Source: Schizochytrium sp. TIO01 (lineage: Eukaryota; Protista; Bigyra: Labyrinthulomycetes). Taken from it: a DNA stretch of 64,000 nucleotides. Shown in pieces: positions 53,860 through 64,000 of the stretch. Location of the stretch: the NCBI GenBank assembly GCA_004764695.1, contig SMSO01000004.1, forward strand, positions 2,046,001 to 2,110,000. Reading direction: 5' to 3'. Both the position numbers and the translations under genes were made by a program. The notes beneath the pieces were generated by a model. It had not been told where the DNA came from. It searched no databases and saw only the letters and a list, made by a program, of their open reading frames with translations. Each line of letters starts with the position of its first letter. Position 1 is the stretch's first letter.

Positions 53860-54703
53860 GACGCCTTGCTTTTATTGCATCAAACAAACTCCCTAGTCCT
53901 TCTTGATCTTGTTTATTCGATCTCAAAAAACTCTGAATATAAAAAAGTTCACTCACAGCAAATAAAAAGACGTGTCGATCTCAGTAGGTCTTGTTGTCTA
54001 CAGGTGTCCAGTTCAACCTGTGAACGCGATGTCTTGCGCATAAGATGCGATTTTATGAATTGTAGCGAAGTCAACCGTATAGGCGAAGACTAGCGACTCT
54101 GCCGATGACTTACTTGCCTTGCCAACTCTTCCACAAATTGGTACTCGCCAAGCACAGCCTCGACCAAACTCAAACGAGACCTGACCGTGCGAGTGTATTC
54201 TCAAGTAGCCTCAGGGATGCCTGCCCTTGCGCAAGGCGATCAAACAGTTGGGTCTCTCCAATTTTTGCTCTTAGTTTGTTGCTCTTGGGTCTCTGGACAG
54301 CCTCCGTGCGCCGTGCTGACAACCATCCTTATTCTACTAACTTTTAAAGAATTTTTTTTTTATAATCATATACTTTCTACTAGGCTTATAAACGTAGGCA
54401 GGTAGGTAGGTATGATATCGAGAAGTTAGCAAAGTGACATTTATTAGTCGGCAGATACCTACCTAGGTTCTATTTATTCATGTATTTATTTATTTAAGGA
54501 ATGGGTTTTCTAGTGAAGTTACTAAATTTCCAGATTTATTCATAAGCGGTATCCGTGCATAGTTTTCTTTTGCTGTATGTTAATGAAAGGTATCTTTCAT
54601 AATCTGCACAACAGATGCATATGTTCTCAATTGCAATCCCACCACCTCCTGCCACTTTAATTTATTCTTACACTGAGGGGAGAGGAACTCTGCGAGCAAG
54701 GAT

Positions 54704-56701
54704 TCACTTTTGTTTGTCGTAAACAACAAAGATCTGAGTGTTTGATGCCAAAGTGCTTAGGTCATCTTCAGATGGTTTAGAACTGCTCGAATACGCCTTG
54801 AGAACAGAATCTACAGAGACTGTGTTCTTCTTAACATCACTTGCAGCGTAGACGACAATTGTCTCTTGACTGGAAAGTGAGGTGAAGTCCTCTCCGAGGG
54901 TTGCAATAGCACCTTGTTCAATAAGTGCGCAAAGGTATCCCTTTTTAAACTTGCGAGGAAGTGAAAGAGAAACATCTTCGTCCGTCGCTGTGACCGTCGT
55001 TGTCGCAGAACATGGCTTTGATGTCAAAGTGGTGGCGGAAGTACACATTGCAGACATTGCATCTTCTTCCCAGGCATCTGTATCAAGAGAGGCAATATCT
55101 GCAGCTTCCACAACATCAACGGGGCGAACATAGCCATTGTTGTCAAAAAGATTTTGAGTTTTCTTGTCTGCATCGATAGGGACAAAAACAACTTGAATAC
55201 CAGCATTTTGTGCATTCTCAACCGCTGACTGAAATGATTTAAGGTCTTTGTTTTTCTTACCGAGGAACTTTGCAAAAACGACAATCACCGCTCGACGATC
55301 AGCTACATCTTGAGTGAAAAGTGACATTGCTTCAGTAAAAGCCTTATCCATATCAAGGCCCTTGTTTTTGCTCGTGGCACCACGGTACTCAAGAGCTTCC
55401 AAAGCTGAGAGAAATTCATCAATGGTTTCAAAACGTTCGTCTCCGTTGCTTTGGTAAATAGATTGCGTGTTTACACTACTTCCGTAGACGTCAACAGTGC
55501 CAAAATTTACGTCACCTGACTGATCAAGGCCACTAGCAAGACGACCAGCCGCAACCTTTGCAGCTTCAAAGTCAGAGTTACTCATTCCCTTCGACTTCAT
55601 GTTCATGTTCTCAAAAACAAAAACAACATCGGTGGCAGAAAGAGATTCATCACTGTCATCACAAGTTGTAAGACTCCTAGTAGGAGCGAAAGTGGGAGAA
55701 GCAGTGGGCGCTGCAGAACTCAGGGCAATTTCATCATTGCTTGGTCTACCATCAATCCATGTGGTTTCTGGTAATTCATCCTCAGGCTCAGAGCAGCTGT
55801 TCCAGCTTGAACTCTTGCAAAGCCATTCGCCGCGATTAGAAGCACAATATTTGGTCTGACGAGTAGCTTCATCTGCACAGTTGTTCGTACGTGCACTAGT
55901 CTTTGCTGATCTGTAAATATACTCAGTATTGAAATGAGCCCGGTCGCTGTCCGGAAACACTGAGTAAGTGCTGCACTCGTCATATTTGTAGCAATTTTCG
56001 GTAAGGACACCGTCAAAATAAGACTCTACATCATCTACGATTTCCCCGGCATTTTTTAGCACAATCGAGAGTCCTAGATCGTGAGCTTTGGTGGCCAACG
56101 CCTGCACATAAGTAATTTCAAGAGCTTTAGCATAGGCTGCTTTATTCTTGTATAGTGAAGTATCAAAATCACTTGAAAGTCCACTATAGCACTCACTGTT
56201 AGAGTAGCAATCTACGTTATCTGGCTCAATGGCATGGCATCCTTTTTGTACAGCATATTCAAGACGAGTAGCCATGAGAGCGACAAGTTCATCGGTTCTA
56301 GAGATGTCTAAGTAAAACTCGCTAGGCCAATTGGCTGGCTGGGTCATGGATAAATTCTTGAAGTCATCAAAATCGGGGCGCCAATCTTCGGCTGTACCAG
56401 CGCTCATGTAGCACATGACGATATGGTCATCATTGAGAAGTTCTGCCATTTTGGTATCTGCCGCTACTCCAGCAATCTCGTCATCAAATAGATCCACGAG
56501 AACAAGCTTGCGACCAGCAATGTTGGTATCACTTCCGCCATCTTTAAATCCCCAAGCAAGATTTGCCCATGATAAACCCTTTGGTAGAAGCACACGGGCA
56601 GCATCACAGCTTGTTGGCCCATGGGCAAGTGCAACGATCAATAGCGCCAAGACTTTCGTCCATGATTTATTCATCATTGACTTGCGGCTACTCCACATCA
56701 T
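54704..56701 (-). CDS. Secreted GH114 (endo-alpha-1,4-polygalactosaminidase-like) fused to a vWA-like domain
   Basis: Signal peptide; GH114 motifs VMCYMSAGTAEDWRPD, KGCHAIEPDNVDCY, AHDLGLSIVLKNA and FDGVLTENCYKYDEC; PT-rich linker; vWA-like elements DVVFVFE, LEYRGAT, AFTEAMSLF, RAVIVVF and NAGIQVVFV. Confidence 0.85.
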   Translation of the reverse strand: MMWSSRKSMMNKSWTKVLALLIVALAHGPTSCDAARVLLPKGLSWANLAWGFKDGGSDTNIAGRKLVLVDLFDDEIAGVAADTKMAELLNDDHIVMCYMSAGTAEDWRPDFDDFKNLSMTQPANWPSEFYLDISRTDELVALMATRLEYAVQKGCHAIEPDNVDCYSNSECYSGLSSDFDTSLYKNKAAYAKALEITYVQALATKAHDLGLSIVLKNAGEIVDDVESYFDGVLTENCYKYDECSTYSVFPDSDRAHFNTEYIYRSAKTSARTNNCADEATRQTKYCASNRGEWLCKSSSWNSCSEPEDELPETTWIDGRPSNDEIALSSAAPTASPTFAPTRSLTTCDDSDESLSATDVVFVFENMNMKSKGMSNSDFEAAKVAAGRLASGLDQSGDVNFGTVDVYGSSVNTQSIYQSNGDERFETIDEFLSALEALEYRGATSKNKGLDMDKAFTEAMSLFTQDVADRRAVIVVFAKFLGKKNKDLKSFQSAVENAQNAGIQVVFVPIDADKKTQNLFDNNGYVRPVDVVEAADIASLDTDAWEEDAMSAMCTSATTLTSKPCSATTTVTATDEDVSLSLPRKFKKGYLCALIEQGAIATLGEDFTSLSSQETIVVYAASDVKKNTVSVDSVLKAYSSSSKPSEDDLSTLASNTQIFVVYDKQK

Positions 56702-59700
56702 TCGATTTTGTCGACTGTTCAGTTGATCAAATATGTCTTCTAGGTTTTGCAGGGTTGTTTTAGTTAATCTAGGTCAGACGAATGAGGGAACGATAATATT
56801 GTAGTACGAGAGTTACTGCAAAACCTAAGCCGCCTACTTGCTTATTATCACTGCCTTTTCTCAATATAAGCTCAAGTAAGAATATGTTCGCGTTGAAGCT
56901 TTCGTTTGAGTTGAGACTCAAATTTTTCAAGAGATTAATTAAGTTCAACACGTGAGGCCCTGCGGAATGCTTTATGCATTCGCGGTATAAACGCCTCGTT
57001 ATGGTTATGCACGCCCTTCGTTTGAGCTTACCCGATTCGGGATTTGCTGGCACTAGTGCATCTGTCGCGAGAACTTTAGACTAACGAGTCAATGGCCGCA
57101 GAGAACTTGGTTGTAACAACATTTTTATAAAAAATGGGAATTAGGCCTCTAGCAATATTTGAGGAACATTGCAATGTCATAGTGCTACCAATGTACTATT
57201 AGCCACTAGGCTAGTCCCTAGGTTAAAACTTCTGTCCAGGAGTTAAGAGGAAGTTTGTGCCAGAGAGCTTGCAAGAAAAATCATCTATTTTAATCGTCTC
57301 AGCCGTCGCAAACCTTTAGAAGCAAGGCTGAACTTACCCGTCTAGAAATACTCGTGCATCTGCAAAGCAAAGCTCAAGAGCTGCATTGAAGAAAATGAGT
57401 TGCCCTGGCTTCTCAGTTCATATGAAGTCTCGCTTTCGCCCATTTTTGCTTGAACTTTAGAAATGACAAATCAATTTGATCGAGGCAGGCACTAAATAGA
57501 AATAGAGAGTGTACTTTTTATTATTACGAGAAAATATAGTTTGTTTCGTGACTTTTGTTGTGCATGTTTTTTGTTTCTTTGTTTCTTTATTTTTTAATTA
57601 AAAAAAATTGAAACCTTTTAACTTTAAAGAAAAAAATAAAAGTATAATACCTAAGCACAATTTGCAGGCTAATTCCCATTAGGAAGGGAGCACCGCCACC
57701 GTAGTGCTTGCTCTATTTCTCAGGATTGGCAACATGATGTCTCGGCTGGATTCGCGGTGGTCTAATTGACCCCGCAACCTAAGTATTTAACTGCCATACA
57801 CGTATTTATCCGAAAGCTCTTTCGACGATTCTTGTGCATCAACGAGCGTTGAATTATTTTACATGCACAGTAAAATAGAGGAACGACAAAAGAATGAAAA
57901 GAAAGAAAGAAAGAAAAAGATAGATAGATAGATAGGTAGATAGAAGTTTATTCATTTTATTAATTATCAAAAGTGGATGTGCAAAATGGCCACCCGCGGA
58001 GCATTGGTACTGGCAGTATGTCCTTGGTTGTAGATCTCGCAAGATATCGACCAACCGCGTGGGAGATTATGACGACCGGGCCATGGAATCAGCGCGGTTT
58101 CTTCTCCTGAAGCACTGCTATTGCACTGCTTCATGACAAATTGTCCAGATGGTGTCTGTCTATGTGTCTGAATGCCTTTTTGAGTATTCATCCTTTTGAT
58201 AATGGAAAATCGGTGTCTCCTATGATCACTACTAGACTACTAGTTACAAGTATATTTTAGAGTTAACTAAGCATGAATTTGCTTCTAACCAGTTCTACTA
58301 GAATGCTGCTGCCGATCAGCGTTCCTTCCGCTTCAAGTTGCACAACTCTACTCTAGTACCTACCAATCTCGAGATCTTGGCTAGCACAACCGAGCTTTTG
58401 CAATGGCAAAGATCAAATCTCACGCTGGGCTGGCCGCGAAACTATTCTTTGATGTGGACAAACGCTTCACTCAGAATCTCATCGAAAGCCAAACCTTCGC
58501 CAACAAGCCCAGATTGCTTGAAGATCATATGCACTCGAATCCGAAGAGTGAATGACATGGACTAAAACAACCGAACCTTATTTGACAAACATGGCTCGAA
58601 GCTTGAGATTATCTTAAAGCTCTCCTTCGAGTCGTTATTCAAGTCGTTCTGTGTGGCGTGCAAGTTCGCTTTTTTAGGCATTTTTGTTTTTCAATTCTCG
58701 AAAGCTTCTTTCTCGTTTGTTGTGAACAATTATCTAGAAAAATAAAGAATGAAAAAAATATACTGTACTAATATTTAATAAAGGGAAATAGTAATAACAA
58801 TTTCCTTCACGACACTTTTTCCTCTCCTTCCTTTAAAGTCACGGCACGCGCTGCTATGAGGAGACCTCCTCAGAAGGGACATATGCAGTGAATCCTAGCG
58901 TCAAAGTAGTCGAACCAGCAGCGGCGAGACGATCGATGATCATCAACATTCCTTGATCTTGATCAAACTCAAGGCAAGACCAGGCCTAAGCTTTCGATCG
59001 CGCTCACGGGAATTAGATATGAAGCCTCAATTCCACTATTTGAATGGACAGTCGCGGCCACAGACCTTCAGCTGCGCGGCATGCGCACGGCGCGGAGAGT
59101 CTCGGCAAAGAAAGAGAAGGTGGAAGGTACCGTGGGACCAAGGACATTTGTCCAACAAGAAGATGCAGAATTAACCCCCAACTCATGTAGTTCAGGAGGG
59201 CAGCAATACAGAACCGCAACAGAGGGCAGGGGGTATAGTGTAATAATATTGGTAGTGATGAATGGCTGGAAGAAACTTTTTTTTTCTTCTTTTTTTTTTT
59301 CTTTTCTTTTCAGACGAAGTCTATCGCTATGTAGGTACCTAGTAAAAGGAATAAGGGGCAAAACACCTAGATTTAGAATTTGCAATCAATGATTGACTTT
59401 CTTAGAAGAACTTTACGTCGTTGTGAATATAAATGATTTGGAAAAGTACTAAGAGAAGACTCGGAAACTCCTGCAAGGCTCAAACTGTGGCCCACGGACA
59501 AGTTATGGTATGTTAATGTCTTAAGATCTGAAGTTTTACATGGTTGCATGTCGTTTGTTTGGTGGTAACATTTTAATGATCATTAAGATTTATGCGGAAG
59601 ACTGGCAACCTTTCGGAAATAGGGTTAATTTTGAGTGAAAAGCTACGACGCAAAAGCGCGCTTGTTGGAGGGATAGAGATCTTCCTCCTCAGCTTCCTCA

Positions 59701-62321
59701 CTCCCCTTTGCAACTGCATGAGAATGAGGACAATGGCTAATCAATCGATCCAGATCTATCAAAGAAATTGCAGTGGGCTCTACCAATACTCGTTTCAATA
59801 TCCTCCTCTGCTAGAAAAAATAATAGTAGGAAAATACGTCGGCTTGAGATTCCAAAACCATTTAGCACTACGCAGAATGACTGTATTGACTTGCGCTTCC
59901 ACTCAAGTATGAAAAGGGGTTGGTAAAATGACCTTTGCTTTAGTGACCATTTCTTGCGTCATAGAGAAGGAGACCCAGAGCATCTGCCTAAATCGGGATG
60001 ATAACCTGAGAGAGATCGCATATTAGAAACTCATGCCATCCTAATTCTAGACCTGAACGTAAAATGTTGAGAATACTTTCAGGTTTGTTGATGGCGCAGT
60101 CCTTGAAAATGCTAAACAGTTAGCATTGAAAGACCAAGGTTGCCTTCTAGCGAAGTCGGTCTTTCAATTTGTTAGACACTAGTTCAAGTTCGGTTGTTGC
60201 GAGCTGTACTGTGCAGATTTCTACTAATTAAGTTACTTACAACTGCACTCCCACTTGTTGGAGATAGCTTTTGAGTAGGAGCATTAAAGTTCTTAACTTT
60301 TCCAGCAAAGAAGATATATCTAGGTAGGAAGGTACATCGATACTAGACATCTACTTAGTCCGAATTACTCTTTGTTTTATATAGATATATATATTTATAA
60401 GGAGAAAAAACAAAACAAAAAAACACCTTTCTTTTTATAATAAATACACCTTTTTCTAGTAACTTGAATCATCATCATCATTATTATAACATAACAACAA
60501 AAACAAATAACAGCTACTTTGCCTGAACGCCGTCTTTCCGAGTTTCATCTAAGCACTTTTCTAATTGAGCATATTTATGTTGTTTCTTTCCATCTCTTTT
60601 TTTCTTAGCAGATCGCACAAATAAAGCTTCTGTTACACGTGGACGTACACGGGGCTCGTTCAACAAAGAGCTTCAAAGGCGCTGGTGTCAGTCCTCGCAA
60701 CGAGTGTGTACACATTATTTCCGCGCACAGATTTGACTGGTACTGAGAACAGCTTCGGGTATGGTCTTTGTTTTCTTTTTATTCTTTTACAATCCTTTTA
60801 CTCGGAAGTCGAGACCGACTCGCACTTCCGATGCTCCTTGTGCAGCGGAGCATTTGTATTTTGTACTTTCTAAAAAGAAACCCTCGCCCGGCTTTACTTC
60901 CGAACGTCCGTTCGCATCTTTTGCTACGCGATTGCCCTTATCTTCTTGAACTCAAAGAAGAGTATTTCACGGAAACGTTCAGATCATCGGCCATCTTTGT
61001 GCTTGCCAGACAAATAGAAGCATAGTTTGGGCTATTGCATTACTATTCTTCGTACGAAATTATGAAATTATCATCAAAAGAAGTACGATCAAATGACCAG
61101 TGCGTCTGGCACACATTGCGAAGGAGTGAAGTTCATCGCAGTCAGAAACTGCAGAAATCAGTGCACCTTTCTTCGGCAGGTATGGAGGAGGTAAAACTCT
61201 GGGTATTGATCTTGCTCCTGCCTCCACTCCAGGGTGCTCCATTCTGAGTCATGAAGAGAATGCTGACTGCTTGCTTGTCTTAGGTATCAGAGGAAAGCTT
61301 CCTGTACCCCCTTTTAAGCCGCTCTCCAAAAACGTCTAAAAATAAGCCAAGCGTCTGCGGCTCTCTGTCCACCCGCTTCCACAAGCGGGTTCCATATCCT
61401 CGAGATCAAACCAACAAAAGTTTCACCAGAGTAAGCATAGCGTACGTTTAGCTCCATAAAATTTTACACATAGAGCCGTTGGGCATATTCGCCACGAAGA
61501 GCATGGTTGAAGGTGCGACGTCCCGTTGAATTTGGTGTTTCGATTGTAATTGACAAAAGTAGCACCTTAAGATTATAGTTGTAACGGCGTACGGCGATAT
61601 TTGAGCATAGATGAAGCTAAATTGTAAATAGCTTAAGCAGCTTTAAATATAAAATTAAAAAATATGGCATTTAATATCATCATTATCAGTATGATTATGA
61701 TAGACCCCTTCTAATAATAATGGCTATTATTACTCTACCTAGAGAGTACATAACCAGGCTAAATTGTTAATTTAAAAAACACTTGAAAGTCATTTTTTTA
61801 CTTTTTATTTTCTAACATAATCTCGTTGGTGAAAAAAATCATTGACCCACTTTTAGATTCAAGACGTGCGACAGACCAAGCTAGCGACCATTGACAAAAC
61901 CCTCAAATAAATTGCACGTAAAGGTACTGCAGGATTGCGGGGTTCGAACGCATGCAATTAATTTTGGTATATTCGGGAGAACAAGTCGCAAAAGACATCG
62001 AGACGAATGTCTGAAACTTTGAAGTCTTTCCAAATTATCTAGGTTTTAACGGCCGTCCCGCAGACTTGGGGGACAGGTATTTGGAATTGTGTCCGGACAG
62101 AACCTTCGAGTTTTCTGGAAGTTACTTGATGCGATGCCCAATCGGGGGATGGTAGCTACAGCACGAGGACAAAATGTGATGAAGCGGGATGTCGATTATT
62201 GAGATTACCGGTTCGTGAGATGGTTACAAGAAAACAATCGACTTCCTGTCGACCTTACCCCACACGCCTTCGAGCAGCGACATCCAAGTCTCGAGCTCGT
62301 TGATTCGCCAATCTATTTGTC

Positions 62322-63555
62322 TATTTCTTTAATAGACATGTGATACTACTCAAGCCGCTCATTTCCTTTCTCTGATTCTTCATATCTTGCAATTGCAAAG
62401 CTGATAAAGTTGATAGTGTAACACGCCATGAGTAAAATTTACGACACTTATGACCATAATCCCTGGGGTGCTCGTTCGAGTTACATGGTGCATAATGCTT
62501 CAAGCAACCTTTCCTTCACGCAGCCCTCTTTACCAATTATGAACTATGTCCCAAACTATGTTTCCTTCAATACACTCCTTTTGGCTGTAGGCAATATGTG
62601 AAGCATGGGACCATATAAGGTTTGGGGGTTAGTACTCCATCCCATCTTTGCATAGTGGTCCATCATTGGTTCATTTTAGATTGAAAGTAAACTTTCGCCT
62701 CTGAATAATCCAAGCTTGCATGTGCATCACACCACAATCAATTGTTGTACATTGACAAAGCTTGCCTCAGCCTTATTCAAATCGATTCTAGCTTCATTCT
62801 CCATCGCATCATGAAACAAGATTTAGTTATTGATATATATAAATATATATATATATATATAAACATCTGATTATGTGAAACTTCACGCTTGCAGCATCTT
62901 AGCATTTCATCCTTACAAGTGCGAGCCTCAACTCAATGAACGCAACCTCTAAATCACCAAATAACTTTGATCCGGGGCAGCGATGCAAATACAAGGTTTA
63001 ATACGGTGTGTCACTCCCAAGTGCGGTGCCTACCTGAAGGTCTTTCGCCTGAACGAGCTCAGGGTAAGCCAGGTGCTTCTTGGCATTTTTATTTTCATCC
63101 AAGCTCAATTTACTCACATGTTCATGATTGTGTTTCTCTGCTGTACGCTCGTCTATATCATTATTTGCATTGGGCAGCAGGTTTGGGTCTTAAATCAAGC
63201 GATGTTTATCTATGTCATAGAATTTGGGTTCTTGATGTCTGCCTGCCTCTGTGTCATCACTGAGCTTTATATACTCTGGGAAATATTCAGTCTGCTCGTT
63301 CAGGCAGATTCTCTTATCGAATCCGCCGCGACTTTTAGGGAGTTGATGCCATTGTCACAAGCTGTGCTCGTGGCACAGGGGAGACTGAGGGGAGAGTATG
63401 CCGTGGCTTCAAGACCCTAGCTCTATGTGCAGTTTCTCCTTACCTATGGTTCTGCGAGGGGCTGGATTATGCCATTGACTAGGCGGCAATTATTCAAGAG
63501 GATTACCGCCAGCGCATCGAGCAACACGAGCGCAACATGCGCTGGCATATGCATG
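62322..63555 (-). pseudogene. Degraded coding fragments with multiple in-frame stops (one possibly transposase-derived)
   Basis: Protein-like minus-strand readings broken by stops, e.g. KRICLNEQTEYFPEYIKLSDD...RLI*DPNLL... and KVYFQSKMNQ*WTTMQRWDGVLTPKPYMVPCFTY...*RKHSLG. Confidence 0.3.
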
Positions 63556-63755
63556 AATGATAATAATGCTGATCGCAAAAACAAAAACAAAGAAGAAGAA
63601 GAAAATCAACTAAACAAATATATAAAATTTGGCTTATTTTTAGTAAAGACTACGCGCCATGGTGTTTCTAATGTTCACTGCAGATTTAGGAAAAAATAGG
63701 GTGAACAGTGGAGATCTTGATGAAAATGGCTTTCCTCATGGCAACGGCGTGATAA

Positions 63756-64000
63756 CTATGATGAAACTCTATCAATAACCACACATGCCTGGTAAACAGT
63801 GCTGCGCATCTCAAAGAAATTATCCTTGCCCCGCAAACTGATACGATCCATGTAGGCTAATGGCTGTTCAGCATAGTAGAGCTTTTCGTAGCCCATTTGC
63901 ACAAGCCAGAAGTCAGCCACGTAGCGGATGTACTCAGCCATATCTTCGTCGTTGAGCCCAATTAAACTCACAGGGAGCGCCTCTGTCAGAAAACGAATTT
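63756..64000 (-). CDS. RNR2: Ribonucleoside-diphosphate reductase small subunit (class Ia R2), 3' end only, divergent
   Basis: Frame is open to the window edge: IRFLTEALPVSLIGLNDEDMAEYIRYVADFWLVQMGYEKLY...MDRISLRGKDNFFEMRSTVYQ, the R2 C-terminal signature including the radical-transfer Tyr. Confidence 0.9.
   Translation of the reverse strand, partial: IRFLTEALPVSLIGLNDEDMAEYIRYVADFWLVQMGYEKLYYAEQPLAYMDRISLRGKDNFFEMRSTVYQACVVIDRVSS

Noticed and set aside
61930-61960. GGGGTTCGAAC resembling a tRNA T-loop/B-box
   Set aside because: No cloverleaf stems or acceptor arm could be built around it.
62983-63420. 145-aa hydrophobic plus-strand ORF
   Set aside because: No recognisable family; more likely the antisense shadow of a decayed hydrophilic minus-strand reading frame.
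63680-63790. GC-AG intron (CAG|GCATGT...CTGCAG) that might restore a canonical R2 tail
   Set aside because: The spliced product would hit TGA immediately and would not yield an FxLDxDF-like end.

Overview
Eukaryotic nuclear DNA. It is gene-dense, has few short GT-AG introns (two with ACTAAC branch points) and carries abundant microsatellites. The gene content includes flagellar genes (CFAP161, MORN5, OSCP1), a WRKY19-like C3H repeat protein, MDHAR, GH114 and lineage-specific 7TM proteins. This points to a flagellate stramenopile protist, most plausibly a thraustochytrid/labyrinthulomycete (inference). About 24 genes can be supported: the 3' part of VPS13, a CDP-DAG synthase, spliced MDM35/TRIAP1 (missing from the ORF track), CFAP161, SRP40/Nopp140, a 4-exon UBA-PUB protein, MORN5, OSCP1, an ER-type extended SDR, CENP-X, a LAG1 ceramide synthase, a USP7-like deubiquitinase, MDHAR with a PTS2 extension, two tandem 7TM paralogues, GPN3, a C3H-repeat protein, a secreted GH114-vWA fusion and several hypothetical proteins. 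The last ~7 kb lacks intact genes and contains decayed coding fragments. It ends in the 3' end of an atypical ribonucleotide reductase small subunit whose tail resembles herpesviral rather than cellular R2, a possible edge of an endogenous viral element. No rRNA, tRNA or CRISPR array was found. All family assignments come from motif recognition by eye, not database searches.
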